A DNA stretch of 55,986 bases from a virus (IMGVR_UViG_3300025127_005641:1-55986); one strand, 5' to 3'. Shown: positions 16,320 through 26,350, counted from the first letter of the stretch. A program made the numbers and translations. Notes: generated from the letters alone by a model not told the origin.

Positions 16320-17682
16320 GACTACTATTCTCAGAAACTTAATTTATAATGAAGAATATTCTAGAAAGGTAATTCCTTTTATTAAATCAGAATATTTTGA
16401 ACAACGATCTGAAAAGGTGATCTTTGAAGAGATAACTCAATTTATTGTAAAATATGGTTCTTCTATTACTATTGAAGCTCTAAACATAGAGACTGAAAAT
16501 AGAACAGATCTTAATGAGGAAGAAGTAAAGCAAGTTAGAGAAATTAATAATTCTTTTGTTGATTCTGTTGTAGAAAATCAATGGTTGATTGATTCTACTG
16601 AGAAATGGTGTAGAGATCGTGCTATATATTTGGCACTGATGGAATCTATTGCACTAGCAGATGGACAGGATGACACTAAAGGAAGGGATTCTATTCCTAG
16701 TATTTTGTCTGATGCTTTATCTGTGTCTTTCGATAATCATATAGGTCATGATTATTTAAATGATTATGAGGAAAGATATGAGACATACCATAGGAAGGAG
16801 GATAAGATCCCATTCGATCTTGAATACTTTGATAAAGTTACGAAGGGTGGTCTCCCTAATAAAACACTCAATATTGCTCTTGCTGGCACTGGTGTTGGTA
16901 AGTCTTTATTCATGTGCCACATGGCTAGCAGTGTCTTACTCCAAGGAAAAAATGTATTATATATCACTCTCGAAATGGCAGAGGAAAAGATTGCAGAGAG
17001 GATTGATGCCAACTTACTTAATGTCAATATACAAAATATAACAGATTTGCCCAAACCTATGTTTGATAGTAAGGTTAATAATCTTGCTAAGAAAACACAG
17101 GGAACATTAATTATAAAGGAGTATCCAACAGCGTCAGCACACTCAGGACATTTCAAAGCATTACTTAATGAATTAGCATTGAAAAAATCATTTAGACCTG
17201 ATATAATATTTGTAGATTATTTAAACATATGTGCTTCATCCAGATACAAGGCAGGTAGTAATGTTAACTCTTACTCATACATCAAAGCAATTGCGGAAGA
17301 ACTTAGGGGGTTGGCTGTCGAAAGTAATCTACCAATCGTTAGTGCTACTCAAACCACTCGTTCTGGTTTTGGGTCTAGTGATATTGACCTTACCGATACC
17401 TCTGAGTCATTTGGTCTTCCTGCAACTGCTGACCTTATGTTCGCTCTCATATCTACTGAGGAATTGGAAAGTCTCAATCAGATAATGGTTAAACAATTAA
17501 AGAATAGATATAATGATCCTACTATTTTCAAAAGATTTATTGTGGGTATTGATCGTGCAAAAATGAGATTATATGATGTAGAACAATCTGCACAAGATGA
17601 TATTATTGACAGTGGGAAAGAAGAGGAGTATAATAGTGAAGAGAAAAAACCTAAAAAATCTTTTGGTGATTTTAAATTTTGA
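16306..17682 (+). CDS. g41: replicative helicase gp41
   Basis: LAGTGVGKS, ITLEM, VDYLNI, SATQTTR, QLKNRY. Confidence 0.96.
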   Translation: MERIETTILRNLIYNEEYSRKVIPFIKSEYFEQRSEKVIFEEITQFIVKYGSSITIEALNIETENRTDLNEEEVKQVREINNSFVDSVVENQWLIDSTEKWCRDRAIYLALMESIALADGQDDTKGRDSIPSILSDALSVSFDNHIGHDYLNDYEERYETYHRKEDKIPFDLEYFDKVTKGGLPNKTLNIALAGTGVGKSLFMCHMASSVLLQGKNVLYITLEMAEEKIAERIDANLLNVNIQNITDLPKPMFDSKVNNLAKKTQGTLIIKEYPTASAHSGHFKALLNELALKKSFRPDIIFVDYLNICASSRYKAGSNVNSYSYIKAIAEELRGLAVESNLPIVSATQTTRSGFGSSDIDLTDTSESFGLPATADLMFALISTEELESLNQIMVKQLKNRYNDPTIFKRFIVGIDRAKMRLYDVEQSAQDDIIDSGKEEEYNSEEKKPKKSFGDFKF

Positions 17683-17903
17683 TAGTTGAGAGAGTAAAAT
17701 GGTTTAGTGCTGTTATTGTTTTGATTGCCATGGTTTTTCATGTAATGGGATGGACTCCTTGGAATAGTATTCTACAAATGATAGGTGCTGCAGGTTGGGT
17801 CTATGTTGGTTTTAAAATGGGAGAAAGAGCAATCATCTTAAATTTTCTTCCACAATTTTTTATTATCATTCCTGGTTTGATTATTCTTTATCTTACAAAG
17901 TAA
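17679..17903 (+). CDS. small multi-pass membrane protein
   Basis: About three hydrophobic helices; TTG start overlapping gp41 stop. Confidence 0.65.
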   Translation: MIVERVKWFSAVIVLIAMVFHVMGWTPWNSILQMIGAAGWVYVGFKMGERAIILNFLPQFFIIIPGLIILYLTK

Positions 17904-17906
17904 ATT

Positions 17907-18203
17907 ATGACACTTCCTGATCATTTTTATCCCTACTGGTCTGTTTATGATGGATTAGGTCAAAAATACTGTGATTGTAGTCACGAAAAATATGCAATTA
18001 AAACTTTAGAGTTGCATGAGGGTGAAGAATTTACTTACAGAAGAATAGATATTCCTAAACCATTACCACCACACATTGTTGATGTAACAGCAGAACATGA
18101 AGGTGAGTTACCTGGTCAACGTGGATTGCCTAAATCAAAAGAGAGACTTCCTTTTGAACCTATATTAGAAGAACTACCACAAAGTAATTTACATAAAATT
18201 TAA
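17907..18203 (+). CDS. hypothetical protein
   Basis: ORF in gene run. Confidence 0.65.
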   Translation: MTLPDHFYPYWSVYDGLGQKYCDCSHEKYAIKTLELHEGEEFTYRRIDIPKPLPPHIVDVTAEHEGELPGQRGLPKSKERLPFEPILEELPQSNLHKI

Positions 18204-18231
18204 CTATTCCTTATATACAAAAAAAATTCTA

Positions 18232-18642
18232 ATGACAAAACAAATAGATACTCAAAAATATATTGAGTTTGTAAATACTGTTACTTCTGAAGAGAGTAAG
18301 TATGGTGGCCATTTTCAAGATCGTTTAAGAGAGTTATACTCTAAAGATTTTAATACTCATAGAGCATTAACTGCTGCACTCGGACTATGTGCTGAGTCAG
18401 GTGAGTTCACTGAGATAGTTAAAAAAATTGTCTTTCAAGGTAAACCAGTTACTAAAGAAAATCTATTTCATATGAAACGTGAACTAGGTGACATTATGTG
18501 GTATTTAATTCAAGCATGTATTCTCTTAGAAACCACACCAGAAGAGATCATTGAAATGAATGTAGAGAAGTTGAAGAGTAGATATCCTGGTGGAGAGTTT
18601 GATGTTTACTTCTCAGAGAACCGTAAAGAAGGTGATTTGTAA
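18232..18642 (+). CDS. mazG: MazG nucleotide pyrophosphohydrolase
   Basis: GLCAESGEFTEIVKK, RELGDIMWY, NVEKLKSRYP. Confidence 0.92.
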   Translation: MTKQIDTQKYIEFVNTVTSEESKYGGHFQDRLRELYSKDFNTHRALTAALGLCAESGEFTEIVKKIVFQGKPVTKENLFHMKRELGDIMWYLIQACILLETTPEEIIEMNVEKLKSRYPGGEFDVYFSENRKEGDL

Positions 18643-18647
18643 ATAAA

Positions 18648-18809
18648 ATGAATCTTGAAACCAAATTAGTTTTTGCACTGGAACATGTTGCACATCTTGA
18701 AGATCTTATAGTAGATAATGAGTGGGAAATATATTTAACACAAAGTCTTTCAACTATGAAATATGAATTTCAAAGACAATTAGAATTAGAACAACAAAAA
18801 AATAAATGA
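18648..18809 (+). CDS. small hypothetical protein
   Basis: 53-aa ORF MNLETKLVFALEHVAHLEDL... read manually. Confidence 0.55.
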   Translation: MNLETKLVFALEHVAHLEDLIVDNEWEIYLTQSLSTMKYEFQRQLELEQQKNK

Positions 18810-18960
18810 AAAACTTATTTAAGCATGCAAAATTAAAAAGATTATTATCTAAATCATTTCCAAGTAAAAAAATATCTATAATAGATAATAAAGATGGTTC
18901 ACAAACTATTTTTATATTATAAGAGTTGGACATATATAATATAGAGTATCAAATGTTACT

Positions 18961-19164
18961 ATGAGAGAACAACTAATTAAAGCACTTTTAGCACATGCAC
19001 AAGGAGACATTCAGAAACATGTTGCGAATGTTGAGGTTTATTTAACTAATCCTGCAGGTATTGGTGAGCACTCTAATATAGTAGAGGCAATCGAACAAGA
19101 ATTAAATGAGATCGCTAAGTATCAAGATCAGATAGAAGTAATAAATAAATACTTTAAAAAGTAA
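18961..19164 (+). CDS. conserved T4-like hypothetical protein
   Basis: HAQGDIQKHVANVEVYLTNPAGIGEH. Confidence 0.75.
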   Translation: MREQLIKALLAHAQGDIQKHVANVEVYLTNPAGIGEHSNIVEAIEQELNEIAKYQDQIEVINKYFKK

Positions 19165-19167
19165 TAT

Positions 19168-20463
19168 ATGGCAGTCATATCCCAAGATTTATATTCAAAA
19201 TCTGTGGAGGTTATTAATAATAATCTTTACGATTTTGGTATTTCTATAGATGATAAAAAAACAAAAGGATCTTACATATATCTTGAATGTGAGGAAGATA
19301 GATCTGATACAAGATCTTCACTTGAAATGGAACTTGAAAATATTTCGGGTATAACGTGCAGTAGAAAATATATTAAATCCAGATCCTCAATGGATATGAC
19401 AGAGATTAGTGGTTTTGGTGATAATTTATTTTTAGTATATAAAGATAGAAAGGGTGGTATGAAAGAAACCACTTTAAACGCATCTATAACAGAATTATTT
19501 CCTGCCATAGCATTTGAAAAAAAAATTAGCCCTAGACTACTCACTGATAAATTTTATAATGAAATAGTTTCTGCTAATGATCCAAAGTTAAATGTATACA
19601 AAAATAAAACCGCATCTGATGCGGGTAAAGACACAATAGATAGAGCAAGTTCATCATCAAAATTTGATGATAAAGTAGAAAATGCAAAAGCAATTACAAG
19701 ATTTTTAATAGAAGAAAATAAAAGAAAAAAAATTAATAAAGTTGTTTGGGGATATCGTAATAATACAAAACCAACTGGAGTGTCTCCAAATCATAAAGGA
19801 GATATATTTCTCGTATTTGATGATGGTAATATCTTAGGTGTTTCGTTGAAAGCAGGATCTGCATCATCAGCAGAACCACAATTTAATAGTTATGTTAGAC
19901 CTATATTTACCTCTTTTAAAAAATTACCAGACTTTGCAAAACTTCAGAAAACATCCTATAAAACTTTTTATAAGGGTATCCCAAACATACCTAAAGAAAG
20001 CATGTATGGTAAACCACAAATGACTAAAGTTGTTGGAGCATTTGAAAATAGTAATATTAAAAGATATGAAGCATTGTATGATGAGCAACTTAAATTTGTT
20101 AGACAGTATCTTTGTAATATGATGAATGAATATCCAAAAAAAGCAAAACAATGGTTACTCAAAGAAGTTGCTGCTGAACAAGAGGATGTTCCTTTAATAG
20201 TTGTAAAGGCATCAGATAATATGACTAAAATTATTGACGATGAGAACGTGATAAAAGATTGTGTTCAGACTTCTAAAAAATTAAATGGTATAAAAGCATA
20301 TCCATCAAAAACATCTAAGCAAAACTGGCACATTGATTTGACTTGTAGAACACATACAACTACTTTAAATTTTTCAATTAGAACTAATAAAACTGGAATA
20401 AATCATAAGTTAGGTCAATATATAAACCTTGCTGTTAAGTTTAACGGACTTAAAAAAAAATGA
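19168..20463 (+). CDS. hypothetical protein, possible PD-(D/E)xK nuclease
   Basis: ITELFP...HKGDIFLV...GVSLKAG (E...D...SLK catalytic-like pattern). Confidence 0.5.
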   Translation: MAVISQDLYSKSVEVINNNLYDFGISIDDKKTKGSYIYLECEEDRSDTRSSLEMELENISGITCSRKYIKSRSSMDMTEISGFGDNLFLVYKDRKGGMKETTLNASITELFPAIAFEKKISPRLLTDKFYNEIVSANDPKLNVYKNKTASDAGKDTIDRASSSSKFDDKVENAKAITRFLIEENKRKKINKVVWGYRNNTKPTGVSPNHKGDIFLVFDDGNILGVSLKAGSASSAEPQFNSYVRPIFTSFKKLPDFAKLQKTSYKTFYKGIPNIPKESMYGKPQMTKVVGAFENSNIKRYEALYDEQLKFVRQYLCNMMNEYPKKAKQWLLKEVAAEQEDVPLIVVKASDNMTKIIDDENVIKDCVQTSKKLNGIKAYPSKTSKQNWHIDLTCRTHTTTLNFSIRTNKTGINHKLGQYINLAVKFNGLKKK

Positions 20464-20666
20464 ACCCAGAAATACTAACTCTTATAAAAAGTTTTGAACC
20501 TGATTCAAAAAATCCTAAAGAAAGGTATTCTGAGTTTTTGTATTATTGTTATTATAATCTTGATAAAATGATAAATAATTATAAGTTTAAAGATTTTGAT
20601 AGGGAATTACTTATCAAATATATTCTTGTACATAAGAAAGAGATAACTATACAATTATCCAAATGA
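20460..20666 (+). CDS. hypothetical protein
   Basis: ATGA-coupled on both sides. Confidence 0.55.
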   Translation: MNPEILTLIKSFEPDSKNPKERYSEFLYYCYYNLDKMINNYKFKDFDRELLIKYILVHKKEITIQLSK

Positions 20667-21901
20667 AATCATTCTTACAATTTTTATCTGAATCCACAGC
20701 AGTTCAGCAAGCCACACGTATGGGTTTGACTGGTGATGGTCATGGTGGATGGTATGATAAAAATGGTGAGTTTGTAGCAAAAACAGAGAAGGGTGTATTA
20801 AAATTTTATAATAAAAGACAGAAAATTGGACAGCAAGATCCTAGACAATCTGATAAAGAAAAGAATTTATCACAGACAACATCTGCACAATCACAACAAC
20901 AGGTAGAACCACAACAACCTGTATCACAGAAAGATGATCCAGAAGGCCCAGTAGAACCAGATAAATTAACACCACCTCAAGTTGAAAAAACAAAAGGAAC
21001 TTTAACCATTGCTTTTGGTAGATTTAATCCACCCACAACAGGCCATGAAAAATTATTAGATACTGTTGCTAAATCTTCTGATGATGGGGATTATGTTATT
21101 GTTCCATCAAGGAGTCAGGATAAGAAAAAAAATCCACTAGATGCAGATCAGAAAGTTGGTGTGATGAGATCAATGTTCCCTAATCATAGTGAGAAGATTG
21201 TTAATGATCCTGCCAATAAAACTATCTTTGATGTATTAAAGAAGGCTCATAATGATGGTTACACGAATGTAAGATTAGTGGTTGGAGCTGATAGACAAAA
21301 AGAATTTGATAAATTGACTAATAATTATAATGGATTGCAATATGATTTTGATCAGGTAGAAGTTCGTTCTGCTGGTGATAGAGATCCTGATGGTGATGGT
21401 GTAGAAGGAATGTCTGCATCAAAGCAGAGAAAGTATGCTGCAGAAAATGATTTTGATAATTTCTTGAAGGGTGTTCCTACTGCCATGAATAGAAAATTAG
21501 CAAAGGATTTATTTAATAATATTCGTGCTGGTATGAATATTAAAGAAGGTTGGAACTTATGGGAAATTGCTCCTATATTTGATTGGAAAAATCTTCGTGA
21601 GAATTATGTAAACCAAAATATCTATAAGGTTGGCCAATTAGTTGAAAACCTTAATACAGGATTTATTGGTAAGATTATTCGTAGAGGTGCTAATTATTTA
21701 ATCTGTGTTACTGAAGATAAAATTATGTTCAAATCTTGGATAAAAGATGTAACTGAAGCAGTTGTTAATGGAACTACTAAATCTGGTGTTCCAGCACATC
21801 AAAGAGAAGTTGGAACTGATTCATTATTAAATTATGCTAAGTCAATGGTACCTGGAAGTGAGTGGGGAAAACATTTCATAAATAAGTATAGAAAAAAGTA
21901 A
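20663..21901 (+). CDS. cytidylyltransferase-like nucleotidyltransferase
   Basis: FGRFNPPTTGH, KKNPL, VVGADR, SAGDRDPD, GMSASK; N-terminus MKSFLQFLSE. Confidence 0.85.
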   Translation: MKSFLQFLSESTAVQQATRMGLTGDGHGGWYDKNGEFVAKTEKGVLKFYNKRQKIGQQDPRQSDKEKNLSQTTSAQSQQQVEPQQPVSQKDDPEGPVEPDKLTPPQVEKTKGTLTIAFGRFNPPTTGHEKLLDTVAKSSDDGDYVIVPSRSQDKKKNPLDADQKVGVMRSMFPNHSEKIVNDPANKTIFDVLKKAHNDGYTNVRLVVGADRQKEFDKLTNNYNGLQYDFDQVEVRSAGDRDPDGDGVEGMSASKQRKYAAENDFDNFLKGVPTAMNRKLAKDLFNNIRAGMNIKEGWNLWEIAPIFDWKNLRENYVNQNIYKVGQLVENLNTGFIGKIIRRGANYLICVTEDKIMFKSWIKDVTEAVVNGTTKSGVPAHQREVGTDSLLNYAKSMVPGSEWGKHFINKYRKK

Positions 21902-21919
21902 GTATTTCTTGGTTTTCAA

Positions 21920-24052
21920 ATGAGTAAGAATATTGTTGAAGAAAATCCTGTACAACAGTCTAGTGCACCATCTCAACCACAAGGTCAAGGTGCCACTGGT
22001 GGTCAAGATAAAATTAGAAAACAGGCTCGTCAACTTGCATATGACGTAAGATATAAAGTAAAGCAAGGATTTAAGGATGGCCAAAAGACTGATCCTGCGT
22101 CTTTAAAGAGAGCATATGCAACTCAACTTGGTAAGTCACCTGCACCAGGCCCTGTTAAATTACTTGCTAAAAAGATGCTTATTGGTGAGGAATATGATTT
22201 TGTAGATATTTCTGAAACTGTAGATAATGTTGTTTCTAGTGCCGTTAAACGAATTTTTACTAAGGTAACTAATCTTGAAGATGCTGATGGAAATCTTGCA
22301 TTTGAAGTTACTGATGTTGTTAGTGAGGAAATTGGAGAGAGAAAATATAAAATTAGAGTAAAGGATAAGAAAACTGGTAAGTCATATGTTCGTATGGCAA
22401 ACCGTGCCAAAATTTCTGAGTTAAGAAAAAATCCTAATATTGCTTCTGTAGAAATGACTGGATATGGTTCTCCATATGAAGGCGAGAAGAAGAAGGGTTC
22501 TGATACTGCAGCAGTAAAATCAGGTAAAGGTTTATCTGCAAAAGATTATGATGGTGATGGTAAGAAAGAAACACCAGAGGCAGAATATAAAGGTTCTAAA
22601 GATAAGGCAATTAAGAAAGCACTTACTAAAGAACATCATCAGAAAGATGCTGATGGTAAAGTTATAGAACATGGTGATGGTACACCAAGTTCTGTTGATG
22701 AAGCATTTATTGATGAAGTTAAGGATACTGATATTGATAATAATGTTAAAAAAGTTGATGTGATGAAAGGTAAAAATAAAGTTACTATTAACCCTAATCA
22801 ATCAGAACAAGTCGAGACAATGGAAAAACCAAAGGAAGATTCTAAGGAAAAGAGAGTTAGGTTGATGAAGCGTATGATTTTACAGAAAAAAATGCAAGCT
22901 GTAAGATCTGGTGCTGGTGCTGACATTGTTGCACATAATGAATTAAAAGGTGAGGTAGTTAATGAGAAGAAAGCTGCCAAAGACTATGATGGTGATGGTA
23001 AAATTGAATCAGGAACCGATGAATACATGGGATCTAAAGATAAGGCAATTAAAAAGGCGATGGGTAAAAAACATGATTGTGCATCTAAAGTAAAGCATGA
23101 AGAATATGGTATTGGTAATCCTGTAAAAGGAATGCACGATCTTGATGAGAGTGGAAACGTAGCACATTATGATGTGCTATTTGATCATGGTGTTGAGAAA
23201 AATGTTCCTGTTACTTCTTTAGAAATTTTGGAAGAAGGTATGCATGAGCATGTTATTCAGGGTGATGTTATTGAACAAAAGAAACCAAAAAATTGTGGTT
23301 GCGGTCAAGATCCTTGCATAACTTATGGTAAAAAAGATATGGGCGATACTATCGAAGAGGATGCTGATAAACTTTCTGATAAAGCATATGATCGAGCAAA
23401 AACACTAGGTGCTAGAAGAAGAAGTTCATATGAGTATAGAAAAAAAGGTAGTTATGGTCCTGGTAAGAACGAAAGAGCAGGTTACAACTTATCTCAATCA
23501 CAAAAAAGTCGTAATCGATCACCAGAAACACAAGGTGGTAATCAAACAGGTGGTGGTCCTAAGTCATTTGGATATGCTAGAAACAAAAGTAATCCTGTAA
23601 AATCCAAGAGTGGTTATGATTCTGGTGGTCAGGGACATCAAAAAAAGGCAGATACAAAGATCACTACCAAGAAAGATGGAAAGACACCTTTGAAGACACC
23701 TCGTTACAAATATTCCACAAAACAAAGAAGTGAAATGGGTTTCCAAGGAAGAATGGATAAGAGGGATCCTAAAAAGAATCCAAAGCATACTGCTAATACA
23801 CAAAAAGAATCATATACTACAAATCAGATTAGAAAACAAGATCTTGATTCTATGAGAGATAAAATTCGTTCTATATTAGAGAATGAATATAAAGATAGAG
23901 ATCCTAAAACTGGTGAGATGGATAATAAACCATCGGGTAGTGTAGAATTTGATGGTGGAGCAGTAATCAATCCTATTGGAGATCCAAGAGAAATGCCCAC
24001 AGCAATTAATCTTGTTAAAAATAAATTAAGAGCAAGAGGTATGAAAATATAA
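21920..24052 (+). CDS. large charged modular protein, putative capsid-internal polyprotein
   Basis: 710 aa, K/E/D/G-rich, duplicated KDYDGDGK module, many (I/V/L)-x-E sites. Confidence 0.6.
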   Translation: MSKNIVEENPVQQSSAPSQPQGQGATGGQDKIRKQARQLAYDVRYKVKQGFKDGQKTDPASLKRAYATQLGKSPAPGPVKLLAKKMLIGEEYDFVDISETVDNVVSSAVKRIFTKVTNLEDADGNLAFEVTDVVSEEIGERKYKIRVKDKKTGKSYVRMANRAKISELRKNPNIASVEMTGYGSPYEGEKKKGSDTAAVKSGKGLSAKDYDGDGKKETPEAEYKGSKDKAIKKALTKEHHQKDADGKVIEHGDGTPSSVDEAFIDEVKDTDIDNNVKKVDVMKGKNKVTINPNQSEQVETMEKPKEDSKEKRVRLMKRMILQKKMQAVRSGAGADIVAHNELKGEVVNEKKAAKDYDGDGKIESGTDEYMGSKDKAIKKAMGKKHDCASKVKHEEYGIGNPVKGMHDLDESGNVAHYDVLFDHGVEKNVPVTSLEILEEGMHEHVIQGDVIEQKKPKNCGCGQDPCITYGKKDMGDTIEEDADKLSDKAYDRAKTLGARRRSSYEYRKKGSYGPGKNERAGYNLSQSQKSRNRSPETQGGNQTGGGPKSFGYARNKSNPVKSKSGYDSGGQGHQKKADTKITTKKDGKTPLKTPRYKYSTKQRSEMGFQGRMDKRDPKKNPKHTANTQKESYTTNQIRKQDLDSMRDKIRSILENEYKDRDPKTGEMDNKPSGSVEFDGGAVINPIGDPREMPTAINLVKNKLRARGMKI
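22541..23059 (+). repeat. imperfect intragenic duplication of about 80 bp (copies start 22541 and 22979)
   Basis: KDYDGDGKKETPEAEYKGSKDKAIKKA versus KDYDGDGKIESGTDEYMGSKDKAIKKA. Confidence 0.85.
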
Positions 24053-24258
24053 TGAAAACCTTTAAACAATTTGTAAGTGAAGAAGGTTATGATGTCGCAA
24101 GAGATCAAGGAAGAATAAAACCTGCGAAGGACAAGAAAGATGCAACTTCATATCCACCAAGTAAAGAAATGATGAAGACACAGAAGGTAAATAAAGGCCC
24201 TTCCGCACTTGAACTTGTCAAAAAGAAATATGGCAAGTCTATTATGAATGTAAAGTAA
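24052..24258 (+). CDS. small basic protein with capsid-targeting-like N-terminus
   Basis: MKTFKQFVSEE resembles T4 internal protein leader MKTYQEFIAE. Confidence 0.6.
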   Translation: MKTFKQFVSEEGYDVARDQGRIKPAKDKKDATSYPPSKEMMKTQKVNKGPSALELVKKKYGKSIMNVK

Positions 24259-26114
24259 TGCCAGCAGTATCTAAAAAACAACAAAAATTTTTTGGGATGG
24301 TTCGTGCGACCCAAAAAGGTGAAATGAAAAATCCATCTAAAGAAATTTTAGACGTTGCAAATGATATTAGCATGAAAGATGCAAAGAAATTTGCTAAAAC
24401 AAAGCATAAAGGTTTACCTGAAAAGAAAAAAATGAACGAAGACAATGTGCTTAAGAAAGTTGCAAAACAATTAGACGGTGCAAGTAAAATGCACAAGCAA
24501 CAAGCTAATAAAGTAAAAAAACATATAAAAGACATGCACAAAGAGGGGATGTATGATACAGATCCTAAAACAGGAGAATCACCTGTAGCAACTTCAGTTA
24601 GAAAAGGAAATAAAAAGAAAGGTGATGATAGACTAAAGCATTTTGCTAAACTTGCTAAAAAAATGGTAGGTGAAGAAAATATTGATGAAAAATGTTGGAA
24701 AGGATATGAGAAGAAAGGTATGAAGACAATGTTTGGTAAGAGATATCCAAACTGTGTTAAGAAAGAAGAGATTGAAAATGTGAGAGAAGGTGATGGTGAT
24801 CCTTGTTGGGATACACATAAGCAAGTTGGTATGAAAAAGAAAGGTGGTAAAATGGTTCCAAATTGTGTTCCCAAGAATGAAGAAGTTAAAAGAGATGAAT
24901 ATGGAGATCCAGTTGGAGGGCCTAAGATATCAAAGAAACAGAAAGCAAAAAATCTTTCATCAAATACACCTGATGAGCAACATACTACAACTACTTCAGA
25001 AGCAAAATATGAAAGAGGTGCATCAACTTACGGTAAAGCAACAATCAGAAATAAAAGAAAGTTTGGGACATCTGGTGAAATGCCTGATATTATGACTGGA
25101 AAGAAAATTACAAAAGATGCGACAAGAGGTGAACTAATTTCTAAGAGAAGAGAGGAACATAAGGCAAAACGTGGTGTTAAAGAAGAAATAGTAACAGAAT
25201 CAGATAAGAAAGGGAAGGGTAGTGGTAAGAAAGATGCTTGTTATCATAAGGTAAAAGCAAGTGCTAGTGTATGGCCTTCTGCATATGCATCAGGTAGATT
25301 AGTTCAGTGCCGTAAGAAGGGTGCTGCTAATTATGGTAATAGTAAGAAAGAATCATATTCTTGGAGAGAAGATTTTACCGAAGGCTCTCTTCATAAATGG
25401 TTCAAAGGATCCAAGTCTAAAGATGGTAAAGGTGGTTGGGTCAATGTAGTTACAGGTGGAACCTGTGCAAGTGATGAACCTGGTGAAGGAACACCAAAAT
25501 GTGTTTCATCTTCTAAGAGAGCAAGCATGACAAAGGCAGAAAGATTATCTGCTGCACGTCGTAAGAAAAAAGCAGATCCTGGTCAACAACAAAAGTCTGG
25601 TGCTGCAAAACCAACATACGTATCAACCGATAAACCTAAAAAGAAAAAGGTAAATGAAGCTGCTGCATGGACAAAAAAATCTGGTAAAAATCCTTCAGGT
25701 GGATTAAATGAGAAAGGTCGTAAGTCATACGAAAGAGAAAATCCTGGTAGTGATTTAAAATCACCAAGTAAAAAAGTTGGTAACAAACGTAGAGCAAGTT
25801 TCTGTGCTCGTATGAAAGGTATGAAAAAGAAACTTACAAGTGCAAAGACTGCAAGGGATCCAGATTCTAGAATTAATAAGTCACTCAGAGCATGGAATTG
25901 TGAACGTGAATTAAATGGTAATGTAATAAATGAAGAGGTTGGATATAAATCCTTTATGAAACAGACACAAGACGCAAGGGATAAAGTGAAACAAAAAGGA
26001 GAGGAAATGAAAAAAAAGGATGCTTCATATATTGATAGAGTAAGAAAAGGTATCAAGTTTTATGATAGAAAAGGATCTGGACGTATAGTAAAAGGTCAAA
26101 AAGTATATGATTGA
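24258..26114 (+). CDS. Lys-rich modular protein, putative capsid-internal polyprotein
   Basis: MPAVSKKQQKF (DUF3008-like), two CW...PNCV modules, DACYHKVK...SAYASG module, AAWTKKSGKNPSGGLN...SFCARM module. Confidence 0.65.
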   Translation: MPAVSKKQQKFFGMVRATQKGEMKNPSKEILDVANDISMKDAKKFAKTKHKGLPEKKKMNEDNVLKKVAKQLDGASKMHKQQANKVKKHIKDMHKEGMYDTDPKTGESPVATSVRKGNKKKGDDRLKHFAKLAKKMVGEENIDEKCWKGYEKKGMKTMFGKRYPNCVKKEEIENVREGDGDPCWDTHKQVGMKKKGGKMVPNCVPKNEEVKRDEYGDPVGGPKISKKQKAKNLSSNTPDEQHTTTTSEAKYERGASTYGKATIRNKRKFGTSGEMPDIMTGKKITKDATRGELISKRREEHKAKRGVKEEIVTESDKKGKGSGKKDACYHKVKASASVWPSAYASGRLVQCRKKGAANYGNSKKESYSWREDFTEGSLHKWFKGSKSKDGKGGWVNVVTGGTCASDEPGEGTPKCVSSSKRASMTKAERLSAARRKKKADPGQQQKSGAAKPTYVSTDKPKKKKVNEAAAWTKKSGKNPSGGLNEKGRKSYERENPGSDLKSPSKKVGNKRRASFCARMKGMKKKLTSAKTARDPDSRINKSLRAWNCERELNGNVINEEVGYKSFMKQTQDARDKVKQKGEEMKKKDASYIDRVRKGIKFYDRKGSGRIVKGQKVYD

Positions 26115-26144
26115 TGTATATATAGATTAGATATTCGTAACATT

Positions 26145-26339
26145 ATGTTTTCATTCTTACTTCCTTTAGCATCCAAAATTATCGGTGATGCAGTAAATAA
26201 AATTCCAGACGATGCAGAACTCGGTGAAAAACTTGTCGATCTGTGTTTAATCATTCTCAAAAAAGCAGTTAAGTTAACTAAGACTGATATGGATGATAAA
26301 TTATTAGAACAGGTTGAGAAAGCAATTCAGACTCGTTAA
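26145..26339 (+). CDS. conserved hypothetical protein
   Basis: MFSFLLPLASKII...TKTDMDDKLL. Confidence 0.7.
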   Translation: MFSFLLPLASKIIGDAVNKIPDDAELGEKLVDLCLIILKKAVKLTKTDMDDKLLEQVEKAIQTR

Positions 26340-26350
26340 TATTAGAGATA

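Noticed and set aside
22541-23059. Direct repeats as a CRISPR or mobile-element signature
   Set aside because: Only two in-frame degenerate copies; this is a protein-module duplication.
24242-26056. Long minus-strand ORFs (210 aa and 157 aa)
   Set aside because: Phe/Leu/Ser-rich antisense mirrors of the Lys-rich plus-strand gene.
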